DNA of 64,000 bases, taken from NCBI RefSeq assembly GCF_009914755.1, contig NC_060939.1, one strand, 5' to 3'. This stretch comes from the human T2T-CHM13v2.0 reference genome, Homo sapiens. Shown here in pieces: positions 1 through 15,019 of this stretch. The position numbers and the translations under genes are program-made. Under the pieces are notes generated by a model. The model saw only the letters and a list, made by a program, of their open reading frames with translations, was not told where the DNA came from and did not search any database. Every line of letters begins with the position of its first letter. Within the stretch, counting starts at the first letter, position 1.

Positions 1-170
1 AGGTGCCCAGGCTGGCGCATTTCGGGATGTTGGTGCCAGCACCGCGCCAGGTGCCCGGGGTCACAGGCGTCAATACGGCCATGCCCCTGCCCTGGAGGGG
101 CCCAGGGGCCGGTGGGGAGCGGAACAAACACGGACACTACGAACCTGGCCGTGTCAGCTCGTTTGTGCCT
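1..170. promoter_or_regulatory. 3' tail of the CpG-rich 5' region of TM6SF1 (start of intron 1)
   Basis: High GC and many CpGs (gcgc, ccgcgcc, cccggg, ggccgg) compared with the CpG-depleted remainder; sits 4.8 kb before exon 2. Confidence 0.6.
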
Positions 171-284
171 TGTTCTTTTTGCATCTCACGGGAACGTTTC
201 CATGTATGGACTTTCGCATACTTATCATTTCTTATTAATTTTAGAAACTGTTGTGAATGACTAGCAGAAATAGCCCGGAACCAA

Positions 285-380
285 CAGGCAGAGACGTGGG
301 TTCTAGGCCTGGCTTTGGCACTGACGGTGTCTGGCCTGACGGTGTTTGGCACTGACGGTGTGGTCTGGCCTCGGTTTTCC
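285..380 (+). mobile_element. MIR relic containing a 3x ~16 bp tandem repeat
   Basis: gagacgtgggttctaggcctggctttggcact...ggcctcggttttcc resembles the MIR core; repeat unit ttggcactgacggtgt at 315-361. Confidence 0.5.
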
Positions 381-1019
381 GGTCAAGTGGACTTTGTGTG
401 CGTCCTATTGTAAGGTTCCACCGAGACCTCTTTGTGAAGGGGCGTTGTGAATGGAGAAGTGCTTCCCAGTGCCTGCGCTGGGGTAGGATGGGGACAGGCA
501 GCAGAGGCAGAACACTTCAATGTGAAGGAAATGGGTGGGGCTGATGGAGGGGGACAGGGCTTGGGTTCGAAGCCCTGCCTCCCACTCCACTGCAGGGATC
601 ACGGACTAACCTGCAGCCGGCAGCTGAAGGCCTGAGGGTCGCCGGGTGTTGGGACAGGCGCCAGCCTCTGTTCCTGCTGATGTTGGTTGCTGTCTGGAGG
701 GAGGAGGAAGTAACCTGCTATGTCTCTCAGCTGTTGGTGCTAAGGAAATTGCATCAGTCTGTAGGCTGCAAACCCCCTTCAGCTGGTCAGGCCGTGGAGT
801 GTCTGTACATAGGGTGGTAACTTCCTCCTCTCCAGCTGCCTGGCCGCCTGATACAGGCAGCACCCACACTGAGTGCTCACCAGGCACCAGCAGTGTCTAC
901 CCTTGGTCTGGCCCAGTCTCTGGAGGCATCCCCTGGAGGCAGCTGCTCTGGGCCACCGAATATTACATGCCTGTCAATATAGTGCATGGGGGACCCTGTG
1001 CTCCAAAAAATGGCATTAC

Positions 1020-1450
1020 GGGTAGTTCAGTGAAGATATACTGAGTGCCTACTGTGTGTTTGGCACTGTTCCAAGTGTTGGTGACATAGCTATGAACAAG
1101 CCAGAAGAGGCTGTGGAGGCAGGTAATGAGATAGACATCAACAAACATTAATACATCGATAGTGACATGCTATGAAGATAATAAAATAGGGTGACTGGGG
1201 AGGGGGCTGGTGGCCAGGGAAGGCTTCTAGGAGGAGGTAACACTTGAGCTATGGGAAGATCTGGGAATGGAGCCTGTCGGGCAGGAAAATGGAGCAGTGC
1301 AGGGGAAGGAATTGGATGGGCGTAGTAGGTATTTTGGAAGGTGAACAGATGGGGCTTACTGAAGAGGGTTGCATGGCAGCAGAGGATTTGAGGATGAGCC
1401 CTAGGTTTTGGCCTCAGCCACTGGGAAGATGGTGATGGCATTTACTGAAT
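1020..1450 (-). mobile_element. L2 (LINE2) 3' relic
   Basis: atatactgagtgcctactgtgtgtttggcactgttccaagtg = reverse complement of the L2 3' end, followed by purine-rich body. Confidence 0.65.
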
Positions 1451-1569
1451 ACAGACTGAACTATGTATTGCTGTGCATGATGGAGCGCACTGGCAAGCAC
1501 TACAGCATTTTGAATAATTAGTGTCAGCCATTCTTCCTGTCCTCTTGCAGGTTAAAACCCCCGTGGCCT

Positions 1570-2125
1570 TTGATTCCTCTCTTCTTTCTCCACTCCCTTC
1601 CTCCTACTGTCTGCTTCCCCATAAGTCCTGGGGCTCTAGTGTCTGTTCCCTCCTTTCAGTTCTCCCTGGCACTGGCCCTTTCTGACCTGGACTGTGGCAA
1701 AGGCTCCGGTGCAAGTCTCGCTGCCCAGCCCCGCTGCGTGTTTCTCGGCCTCGGCCCCCCAGTCCCAGCCCACGCACTAGTGCTCCTGCCGCACCAGCCT
1801 GCCTTTGCTCCTTGACCATTCCTCCTCCTCTCCAGCCTCTAGCCCGGACTCCTGCTGCTCCCTGACAGGGATGCTGCCTTCCTCCTATCGCAGACTGTTG
1901 AAGCCGCACCTGGACTTTATGGCCACTTCTACCTTCTGCAGACCCTCCCTCTCTCTCCTTTGAGCTCCCTCAGTCCCTTGTTTGCACCTTTCTCCCGAGA
2001 GTTACTTTCCTGTGGTAAGAACTTACCTGCCCCGGCTATAGCTCACCCCTCTGTACTGTCCTGCCCAGGCCAGCGCCGTGTGCATCGTAGGCACTCAGGT
2101 ATGTTTGACTTTGTTGAATCGAGTT
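1570..2125 (+). mobile_element. L2 3' relic
   Basis: Pyrimidine-rich body ending catcgtaggcactcaggtatgtttg...gttgaat, like the L2 terminus. Confidence 0.55.
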
Positions 2126-2861
2126 TCCTTCCCACCAAACCTTTTATGCAACTCTGAAAACCAGAAAAAGAAAATTAGATTGAGAGGTCAGGAAAGGATT
2201 GAGCGTGTTCTGTCTCCCTCTCTCACTGAGAGAGACACACTGCTCACACTCATCCTTGCATGTCCCCTCTCAGTAGGTGTCTGTTCATAGAAGGGCATCA
2301 GCAGCCCTTCCCACCCCCCAAGACTAGCAACTTTCTCATCCTGGGGTTAGTCGCAGCCCTTACCTGTCCCTGAGTCCCTGCAGGACCTGTTTCTTCCTGT
2401 GGTGAGCAGGTCCTGCACTTGGCTGTTGTAGGAGGGTCTCTGGGGACAGTGCCAAGAGTCAGAGACAATCTGCTGCCCTAGTTTCCCTTCATTCTTCCCT
2501 CCTCTCCTGGAGCTAAGAGCATGAGAGGACGCTGTGAACCAGTTCACACTGCTCTGTCCTGCTCCAGAAGAGCACCAACCACGCGATCCTGCTGGCAGTG
2601 AGTGCAGGCCCTTGGTAGGAGTGAAGACTGGAGTTGTCACCTGACCACCACCTGCCTCAGGCTGTTCACCATTAAAATGCCTGTCAGCTGACCCAGCACA
2701 CCCACCTCTTCCCTCATGGGATTCTTCAGCCCAGCATCATACTCTTGACCCACACTGGCTTCCTCCTTCTTCAGCTCATCCCCACAGGAGGAGCCTGGAG
2801 CAACCACTGAAGTGCAATCACCAGAAACCTCCTATTTTTCAGTTTCTCACCTGGACATTGA

Positions 2862-3197
<336 letters not shown>

Positions 3198-3214
3198 TCA
3201 TTCTTATCATAGAA

Positions 3215-3550
3215 TTGATCCATCTATCATTTATCCATCCATCCTCCATACATTCACCCATACTCCATCCATCCACTCATCATCATCTATCCATCCATTT
3301 ATCCATCATCCTCCATCATCCATCAATTCATCCATCATCCATCCATCCATTTATCCATCATCCTCCATCATCCATCAATTCATCCATCATCCATCCATCT
3401 ATTCACCCATCATCCACCCATTCACCCATCATCCATCCATCCATTCATCCATCATCTATCCATTCATCCATCATCTATCCATCCTTTCATCCATCATCCA
3501 TCCAACCATTCACCCATCATCCATCCATCTATCCATCCACTCATCGTCTA
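3215..3550. repeat. Degenerate (CCAT/CAT)n microsatellite
   Basis: ~335 bp almost free of G; source of His/Pro/Ser/Ile ORFs 3178..3738 and 3215..3601. Confidence 0.97.
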
Positions 3551-4796
3551 TTTGTTCCCCCCTTCCCTCCCTCCTTCTATTCTTATCTTTCTCTCTCCTA
3601 GGGGACGGTGATAGTTATCCAAAGGTCCCGATGTTGGGCTGTGGTGGTGTGGAGGGGTCTCAGTTGAGGAGTGGTGCTTGTAGCTGCTCCAATCTGAAGA
3701 GGTCCTGGTGTAGCAGGCCATTGGAGTGGGCCAGGTAGTATTTTGTCTAGAATTGGAAGCCCTGTCAGTGCTGGAGGTGTGAGAGGGAGAGTATTGCTGT
3801 TGGACTGCAGGAGAACTCCTAGTGGGTAGAGCTCAGAGTCCATTGAGATAGGTTCCTCCATGTAGGCAGGGACTTCTCTTATTTATCCAGTCTCCTAGGG
3901 CCTGCAACAATGGCTACCACATAGGGGTGCAGAATACATTTTTTTGCTTGCTATGTTTTTGAATTAATTAATAAACAGATAGATGCAATGATGTGACTTT
4001 CCTAGGGTGACACAGTTAGCAACAGAATGGGTACCAGGATCCCGGTTTCCTGACTGATAACTCTACCAAGCCTCGTGCCCTATCGCTGCCCCACTGAGTA
4101 GCGGCTTTGGCCCCTGCTGTCCTTGGTGCCACTCCCTTTCCTGTAGAACATCCAGGGGATGTACTCAACTAAGCTTCACCTTGGTTTCTATGGTTTGGGG
4201 TTGGATGCTGGTCTGTTGGCCCTGGTTCTGGGGTGTTGGGCTATCTTCATTCTGGCCTCAGGTCTAGTCCAGACTCCTTCTCCATGGATTTCCTGGCCTC
4301 ATTCTCTGGCCCATTTGACTATACACATAACATAAGGTCTTTCTTGTCCCCTGGAAGGCATGTTTAGTTGTAATGCCTATATATTCCTTGGAGCTCAGTC
4401 TGAGGGTTTCTGACTGGCCCTGAGGGAGGTGGCAGAGTCAGTGGTGAGGCCTGTCAGCTGCTAGGGAGCAGGGGTTAGAGGAACGTGTAAGTGGAGGCAG
4501 TGGGGCAGTGGCCATAGGTGCAGCAGGGTGGGGTGAGGCAGAGGGAGCTCCAGACGTGTCATCTGTGCACATGAGACAGGATAAGAGGAGAATGAGGAGG
4601 ACCTGATGGCTTCGGTCCCTGAAAGTCATGGGCTGCAGCCCAGATGGGCCAAAGAGCTGCAGATAAACTTCACTAACTCTACAGTGCTGGGAGCTGCAGG
4701 CAGAGGCAGAATTATGGATGAATTATGCAGCACTAGGAGGGAATGCACTCAATAGTCAGGAAATTCCAGGCACCAATGTGTTTATTTTGATAGTGA

Positions 4797-4958
<162 letters not shown>

Positions 4959-5589
4959 TGATTAATAACACAATACTTTCAGCCTCAGTCACATATTCCT
5001 CCTTGGTTGTGAATACTCTGAGCCCTTTGGTAACAGTGGCTGCAAGTGTAGGGGTGTTTCAGGACAATCTGGCCCTCGCCTCTGGCTATTGCCTCTCAGG
5101 CAGTGGACTCCACCCTCTCCCAGGTGGCATCCCGGTGGAGAGTTACTGCCAGGCCAGGCAGGGCACCCTGCCAACCCCAGCATGCTTTGACCTCTGACCT
5201 CTGACCTCGACTCTCATGCTAGCTCCTTCCTGGGCTTCCTGTCTTCAGCCTGCTACTAGCAGTCCCCCCCACTTAGTGCAGAACTTAACTGTGTGGTGTC
5301 TGGGTCTGCACATATGCATGAAGAGGAAAATAATGGAACCTGCCATAGAGACAAGCACCTATAGTGCACCTTGTATGACCCTGAGCACTTTAGCAGCAGG
5401 CTTTCACCTAATCCTCACCATCCCTCCACTTGAAAGTGAAGCAGCTGGCTTGGAGATGCTAAGAAATGTGGCAAAGGTCGTGTGGCTGTTGACCCCTAAA
5501 GCCCATGCCCTTCCATCATGCGTGCTGCCCCAGCCAAGCTGCTACCGGCCTTTGAGCACTTCCTGTGCCAGGTACCTTGCTGGGCATTT

Positions 5590-6000
5590 TGTTCTGTAGT
5601 TTCTGCTTCAGTAATGCTGCATATCAAATGCACCCCAAGTCCTACAGCAACAAACATTTATTTTTCTTGCTCACAGGTCTGTGGGTTGGGGCCACTCTGC
5701 ATCAGGCTGTGGGTTGATTTCAGGGCTGTTCTCTGACTCCTTGTTCTTGGACCAGCAGCTCCCAGGCATGCCCTTCTCATGGCAGATACAGAGGCACAGT
5801 GGGGCTAGAAGGAAGAAAGTGGTGGCTCTTAAGGCCTTGGCTTGGAGCTGCCCCATCTTACTCCCACCCATATTCCAATGGCTGAGATGAGGCATAGGGC
5901 CAAGCCCATCAGCAACAGCATAGGGAGCATTCTCTGCCTACAGTGGGCCTTGGGAAAGGTGGGGTGGGAAGGAAGAATTGTGAGTAACTAGTTTCTCCCA
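5590..6000 (-). mobile_element. Old MaLR LTR relic (MLT1J/K-like)
   Basis: gtaatgctgcatatcaaa...caacaaacatttatttttcttgctcac...ccaatggc...atagggccaagccca pattern. Confidence 0.5.
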
Positions 6001-7077
6001 ATCCACATATAAGAAGCTCTGAAGCTTCAGAAATGATGTAATTTGCCTAAGGTTTTACAGCCAGTCATTAGATGAGCTGGGTCCGTCTGCTTTCAAGGCC
6101 CACATGCCTTTTCCTGGCTCTCTCCACTAGCCTGTGCTCTGACCCTTGCACACCTTTCCAGATGAGTTTCCTGCTGCTGTCTGTCCCTCCTGTTCCTCCC
6201 CACTCCATGGAGCCTGTATTAACTGTACTGATGTCTCTCCTGACTCTTCAAGGCTGGGCACCCTTTCTCCTGTACCCTCAGCCCTCTGTCCTGGTCTGTT
6301 ACAACTTTGAGTACACTGCAGCCTCAGGGTGAGGCTCAAGGCCAGACTCCTCACGTACTAGAAGGCAGAGACCATGTCCTTGTCATTGCTAACACAGTGT
6401 CTGACACTTGTGTTGTCATCAGCAATCATTGGCAGATTATGTGCCGAACACTTCCTTTCTTGGAGACATATGATGGCTAATCACCTGGGAGGCTTCTGGA
6501 AAATGAGTATCAGGAAGTGACACTGCCAATGAGAACTGGGCCAAAGGCCCCCATGGAGGCGTGGGGAAGGCACATCTGCAAAACAGGGCACATGTGGCCT
6601 TTTGTTCCTTTTGGGGAGAATGTGAATGCTGGACTCCTGGCTGCTGACTCCAGGCAAGGCCGGCTTCCCTTCTCTGTGAATTAACCATCCCCACACTCCT
6701 CTCCATTTCTTTTTTCACAGCTTTTCTTATATTCACCATCAGATTTTTCTTCTGTCCATGTCCATCCCATAGTCTAAGGCACCAATCTGTTACAACTTGA
6801 AAATGCAGCTTTGACAAACTAACATGCACTAAATTTGATCACCTGCTGTTTAAAAAGTATTATTTCTTAGTTATTTGTGCTAGTAGTTTTAAGCCCATTT
6901 AGGAGATGCTCACAACTCTGGTAAGATTCTCTGACAGGTATAGCTTTCCTTCTGTCATATTCAATTATACCCTCTTGTATTCATTTTTAACATCACTAGT
7001 CTTTTTTCTGAAAGCCATTGTCACTTGCACATCAGCCACCTGTCTGTCTCTAGGATACGCCATGTGGAATAGGGTAA

Positions 7078-7456
<379 letters not shown>

Positions 7457-7848
7457 TAAACTTAGTGGTCACTTCTATGCTTCCTTGGCCACTCAGTTAC
7501 TGGCTTTGCTCCCACTGCCCATGTGGGATGTGGGTTTGATTCTGGGCAGCCACTTGTAGGGGAGTGGAGGATGGGTGGAGTTGGCCTGCTAGAATCTTCT
7601 GTGACTGAGCCGGCAGTGACCATCATTCTCCACTCCTGTGATGAGTGTTCCCTTGATGAGAGTACTTAGGCAGGGATGGGGAGAGCTGCGAACACAGGTG
7701 GAGGTCCAGCTGGGTGTGTAGAAGGGGTATTCTGTTAGTCTATCTCGATAATTGTCCACAGCATCTTCTGGAAAACATGAAAAACATTCCATTATTATTA
7801 GCTGATGCCAAGCTTGTAGTAATTGTCTCCTGAGCTATTGCTTTTTAA

Positions 7849-8058
<210 letters not shown>

Positions 8059-8559
8059 TGAACAGGTACGCTACGCAGGCTTTCATTTCCTATAATAGCC
8101 TTAGGTCGCTTAGTCACATGGAAAGTGGAGCAGAAAGGACGGTTAGATCACGAGAGGCAATTCTCTCCAACATTCAGCTCTCACGGCTTCTCTCACTCAT
8201 GACCGCACACATGACCTGCTTTTCCCCTTTATTTGTATTTAATATAAATAAGGTACCTTAAATGGATTTAGTATTTATGTGTCTGTTAATACATGACTAT
8301 CTCAGAAACCCCAAGTCAGTCTTAAATTTGTAAAGTACCCAACACAGAGGCACTTGATGAAGTCATTTGATTGTGATGGCTTGCACTCTCCACCATGCTG
8401 CCCAAATCATAGCTTTGATACTACCTGGTACTCGAGAGAGCTAGTCCTATTTTCTTATTTTATGGTGGGCTGAACCCAGCCCCAGAGAGGTTAAGTGACT
8501 TATTCAAGGTGACACAGGAAATGAGGAAAAGGGCTCAAAGCAGATTCTTCATCCATGTT

Positions 8560-10085
8560 CAGATAATGGGGAGCTTTGTATGTACGCTGTGGGAGTTTGG
8601 GTTTTATCCTGTCTGTGAGGGAAGATTTTAAGTCAGTGAAGAATACAGGCAGCTCTGGGAAGGATGGGCTTGCAGGCAAGGGTCCGTGCCATGAGCTGGG
8701 GCACCAGTCAGGAGGCTTCCTCGGGACCAGCAGGGGCATAAACGTGGCTGGATGGAGGCAGCGCATGGGAAGTAGAGAGAGGGATGAACTTTAGAGAATC
8801 GGAGTGGCTGGAATGAATAAGACTTGGGGACAAATTGGGAGTGATGGGAAGGATGAGGCCTAAGACAGTGTCCTGATTCCTGCTTTGGAATTTGGAAGAA
8901 TGCTGCTGTTTTTACACCAGAGAGGGATGACAGGAGGAATTTATTTCTGCAGACATTTGTTGAAGGGGACTCTGTGGTCAGAAGACCTGCTCCCTGTCCC
9001 CTGGGAGCTCCCTGCCTGAAAGGGTGGGGAGATGGAATTGTCCCAGGCACAGTGAGAGACTCACTCCAGGCACAGAAGTACTCAGAGGAGGAATTAAGTC
9101 TGGGTGCAGTCGGGGAAGGCTTATTGAGTTGGTGACACTGCTGTAGCATTTTAAAAATGGTCATGGCAGTGGAAGATGGACATTTCCAGATGGACCAGGG
9201 AGGTAGGGGGAATTCCGGAGAGAAGGGACAGCTTGGGCAAAGGCTTGGAGAGGAGAAAGAGCATGTGCCTCTCCCTGGGGCACCAATCTGCAAGGATGAG
9301 GCTGAGTTTCTATGGGGAGGTGGAGTTTCAGATGCTGGCAGGGCTTTGCAGGTCTTGAGCTCTGAGGAGCAGTCCTGGAAGAGAGAGTCACGGGCCATCG
9401 GAGTGCAGTTGGTACCTGAATGTCTGAGAGGAGAAGGGCTTGCCTATGAGAAGGTAGAGAGAGAAAAGGGCTGAGCTTGGGACTTTAGAGACCATGGCCA
9501 GAAGAAGAGAAGCCCCTGAAGTGGACCATGGGGGGCAGGCCAAGAGGCAGAAGGAAAACCTGGAGAGTGGGGGCCATGGAGCCCAGAGGAGGGAGGTTTT
9601 AGGAAGGAGGCGGCTGACGAGAGGGCTGGAGGCTGAGTTGGCAAGGGTGGTAAGCATTGGGGCAGACGGGGTATCAGAAGGGGGACTGGGGTGTAACTGT
9701 GGTGGCAAGGTCTGCAGGGCCAGGCTCTGGGGACCCAGCTGTGATAGAGAGGAGATGGGGCTTGGTCCAGCAGGCTGTGACAAGTTTTGGGGAGTTTTAG
9801 AGTAGAGGAACAACATGCCAAGAGCCAGGCCTTGAGAATCTTTATCTGGCAGGAGGAGTGTCATGGGTTGGAAGGAGGGGACAAAGGTAGGGAGACCATT
9901 TGGGAACATAGCTGTGGTCCAGTGAGGGACACTGAGGGCTAGACCTAATGCTGTGAAGAAGAGGGAGAATTGCCGGGGTGACATCGTAGCAATAAAGTTG
10001 ATAGATTTGCTGAGAGACTGCATAGGAGAATGAGGAATGAAAAAATGACCATGTGGTTTTGACCTTGGTAAGCCGAATGGTTTCA
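8560..10085 (-). mobile_element. L2 relic including decayed reverse-transcriptase region
   Basis: Purine-rich + strand; minus translation SSALFSLYLLIGKPFSSQTFRYQLHSDG resembles the L2 RT motif GPLLFSLY...YHLYADD. Confidence 0.65.
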
Positions 10086-10106
10086 CCATTAATATAGAGA
10101 GGCCAT

Positions 10107-10300
10107 GGCTGGCCTGGTGGCTCATGCCTGTAATCTCAGTGCTTTGGAAGACAAAGGCGGGAGGATCGCTTGACGCCAGGAGTTGAGACTGCAGTGAGCA
10201 ATGATCACCACTGCACTCTAGACCGGGTGACAGAGTGAGACCCTGTCTCTGTACGTACACACACACACACACACACATACAGAGAGAGCAAGAGAGAGAG
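10107..10300 (+). mobile_element. Monomeric Alu (FRAM/FAM-like) whose tail became (CA)n/(GA)n
   Basis: Single-arm Alu 10107-10250; (CA)n 10257-10280; flanks agagaggc. Confidence 0.85.
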
Positions 10301-11589
10301 AGGCAAGATGGAAGGCTGGTTGAGGGGAGAAGCTGATGAATTAAGAGTTCAGGCGAGTTGAAAGGACCTGTGGCCTGTGCACCATGCAGTTAAAGATGCT
10401 CATCAAGCTACCAGGAGAGGCCAGCACTGGCTCAGAGAGCCAGGTGTGTTAGCAATGGAAGTCTGAAACCATAAATCGGATGTATTCTTCAGTCAGAGCA
10501 AGTCCAAGAGAAGGGACGTGGGCCTGGCATGGGTGTAGAAGCAGAACCTTGATTCTGTTTCCTGCTTCTCTGATTTTAATTTGATTTGATCTGTGGGAGA
10601 GATGACAGAGCAGTCCTTGCCCCAGGGGAGCATGAAGCTTAAGAGAAAGCCCTGCTTGCTTGGCTGATTGATGGGCTGGTTGATCTGCACTCTTCCTTGT
10701 TGTAGAAAGGACTTAAGGCATCTTACAGCGTGAAACAAGCCAGGACAGCATGAACGTGGGAGAAAGAGGAAAGGAAAACAAGGTGGGGCCAAAACAACAG
10801 TAAAAATGCACGGAAAATTGATGACAGTGATTTTCTAGAAGCCACCTGGAAATGTAACCACCTAGAAAAGGGAAATGTAGTTCGTCATATAATCTTGTGT
10901 TCATAACATTAACATTTGCCCAGGAGAAGTATGGCTCTTCTTGGTCTCTGCTAGGTATACTAGCTACGTGACCTTAGGAAAGTCTTGTAATCTCAGAGCA
11001 TCTGTTTCCTCATCTGTAAAATGGACTCAATCCTGTCCATCCCACTGGGTTGTTGGGAAGGTAGAAGGAGGGGTTGGGTGTGAAGCTCCGAGTTCGGTGC
11101 CTGCCTGCCTATGTGTCAGTATGTGGGGAATGAGTGTTGTGCCATGCCCAGCCCAGCAAGCCACGGGATCAGCATGAATTATTAAGGCCAGCCACTGGTT
11201 CTGGAAAGCAGGGTCATCCCTGGCCACCTCTCTGGTCACTGCCAAGCACCTTGTGTCAAAGATTTGGCTTGGTCTCCATGAGTTTGCCATACAGCCAGGA
11301 TTGCCTATCATGCCATCTGCCTTCGCATCACAGTACAAACCTATGTTGATGCATCATGGGCCAATTGGCCAGGCATTCTCTAATTCCATCCTCTGTGGCC
11401 AGACCCTGGTTTTGGCAGCTCCAGCGTAAAGTTGTATTTTCATGTTCCTACCAATTTTGAAGAAATAGTTTCATCTTAGCAGATGAACACAAGTTAGTTC
11501 TGCTGTTTTATTTTACTTGCAATACAGGTCTGATGTTCTGCATTTACAGGTCTTATTTAAAGTGGACTTCTTTTTAATGCTTTCTTTAG

Positions 11590-11694
<105 letters not shown>

Positions 11695-12599
11695 TAAGTC
11701 AGTTCACCTGGTGTGTGCCTTTGCCACCTTAGCAACCGATAAGCGGGTATGTAAGGAAACGTTATGCATAGAGGCAAATACACAAGCAGGTATACTGGAC
11801 ATGAATATAAGTTCCATGGGTGCACGTCAGACGTGGCTTTATCCTCCTTGTACCACTGCCTTTTGAATATGTCCTTCTGAATTGCTCCCTAGCATGGTGA
11901 CAGCTCGGGCAGACCCTTTAAGCTTTCTGATTATGTTGTCTTACAAGAATAATTTTTATTTTCAGCAATTAAAGCTAAGCACATCTTAAACTTCATTTCA
12001 AAACTTCAAAATTTCCAAACAGCAATCTCATTTCGGTTCAAAGCTTCTGTCCTTCCCCAGATCAGGCACAGCTCTGCGGCTTGGCTCGCACTAAGGCTTG
12101 GCTACATGGCTTGTCCGTTCACTCCTCCTGTCTCACTCTGCGGCTGGCCCCTTGGCAGTGGATGTGTATGTACAAGGGATTAAAGGAACAGGAGCCGAGT
12201 CTGATGTGAAAGGTGCTGGTTTTTGGGTATTGGTACCCCCATCATGATATGCTAGCTTGGTCTTGGGAGGCACACATGTGAGTTCTTTAGAGACCCCAAC
12301 CACAGGAGCTTCTGCATTGCACTAATCCCTGAAGTGAACGACGTGCTCTTGGGCTGAATTTCTGCCCATGGTGGCACACCCACAGCTTTTTTTCTGCTGG
12401 GGCCCCTGTAACCCAGAAGGTACACCCTTTGGGGAGGGGTCTTTTCAAAACATTTCAAGTCCGGCCATCTTCTCAGGCCTCCACTTGCTTCTGGGTTACA
12501 GAAAGTCATGCATTCTTGCCCCATACAAGGTTGAAATGTAGTTTACCCAAGTATCTCCCTCACTCCCAACATGCACTCAAGGTCAGCTCCAGCTAATTC

Positions 12600-12876
<277 letters not shown>

Positions 12877-12960
12877 TCCAGCTCATTCTTATCTGTTCTC
12901 CTGCTTATAATCCCAGTCATTATGAATGGGCCTCTTGGGGTCTGGTTACATTTGGCTTGA

Positions 12961-13393
<433 letters not shown>

Positions 13394-13888
13394 TGAAGGA
13401 AGTTTTTGTCAGCATTGAAGATTTGGGGTATATGTCTAGCAGCTCCTTTGCAACATGGGGTACATGTCACTTGTCTTCACCTTTGGGGCTTTGGCCAAAA
13501 TTCTGTGACCCCAGAAAAAGTCCATTTAACATTATCATTGTAAGTATAACTCATACTTATAATGATTAAAAATATGGATCCAATTTCATTTCTTCTTTCA
13601 ACTTTCTTTTTCCTTTCATGCTGTTGAGTTTCACACACAATAGGGAAATGCAGGAGTCCTGTGGCAGGGATGATCATGTTGTAGTTTAACAGAAGACATA
13701 GCAGGCGTAATTTCCTATTTAAAAGGACACGAAGAAGGTTCTATAGTATATCACATGGCAATGAAGTTACATAACCAGGGCTCCTTGTGTTTGATTTATT
13801 CCTCTCAATTCAATATGTTTTGATTGATGTACTTTACTAGTTTGAATACAAAATAATATTGAAGATCATTTTTTGCTTAGTATTCTAA

Positions 13889-14164
<276 letters not shown>

Positions 14165-14399
14165 TAAAAAAAGTACTTTTTAAGAAGTGCTTTGAGCAAT
14201 TTTCAGATGTGTGCATTGAACAATTTGGCAGTCAAGTTATCAGGGATTCCTGTTTTTTTAGAAGGATCTTGAGGGAGTGAGTATGGTGTTTATGGCTATA
14301 TTTAGTGTGCAAATATGTTAACTCCTGACACACTATGAGAACTCCAAAAATGTACTTGGAAATTACAAGTACATTATTAATGTATGCAGGAAATCAGGA

Positions 14400-14575
14400 T
14401 ATATAGGTAGATAGATAGATAGATAGATATAGATATAGGGAGATAGATATATACAAACATATATAGATACCTATCTAGATGTATTTTTTGAGACAGGATC
14501 TCACTCTGTTGCCCAGGCTGGCTTGCAGTGGTACAGCCATAGCTCACTGCAGCCTTGATCTCCTGGGCTCAAGCA
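14400..14575 (-). repeat. (GATA)n/(GATATA)n repeat joined to a truncated old Alu arm
   Basis: tagatagatagatagatagatat at 14408-14430; gagacaggatctcactctg...gggctcaagc at 14490-14574. Confidence 0.85.
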
Positions 14576-14764
14576 GATTACTGTAGATAGGACATGCCTG
14601 TTAATACACATCTAGTATTTTAAATTGACCTTTTTAATTTGGCCTCATTAAAAATATTGTCTGGCCCATAGCAAAATTTTAGATGACCTGAGATGGGGAG
14701 GTATCCTAAATATTACTTGTGTTAGATATGCTTTTGGTAACTTCTTTCTCTTTCTCTCTTTTAA

Positions 14765-15019
<255 letters not shown>

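Noticed and set aside
606-1044. Overlapping 93 aa (-) and 132 aa (+) ORFs in intron 1
   Set aside because: GC-rich intronic DNA gives such frames by chance; non-ATG starts, no domain similarity recognised.
8628-10278. 256 aa and 296 aa minus-strand ORFs
   Set aside because: Pyrimidine-rich L2 relic plus an Alu monomer and (TG)n; RT catalytic residues are lost.
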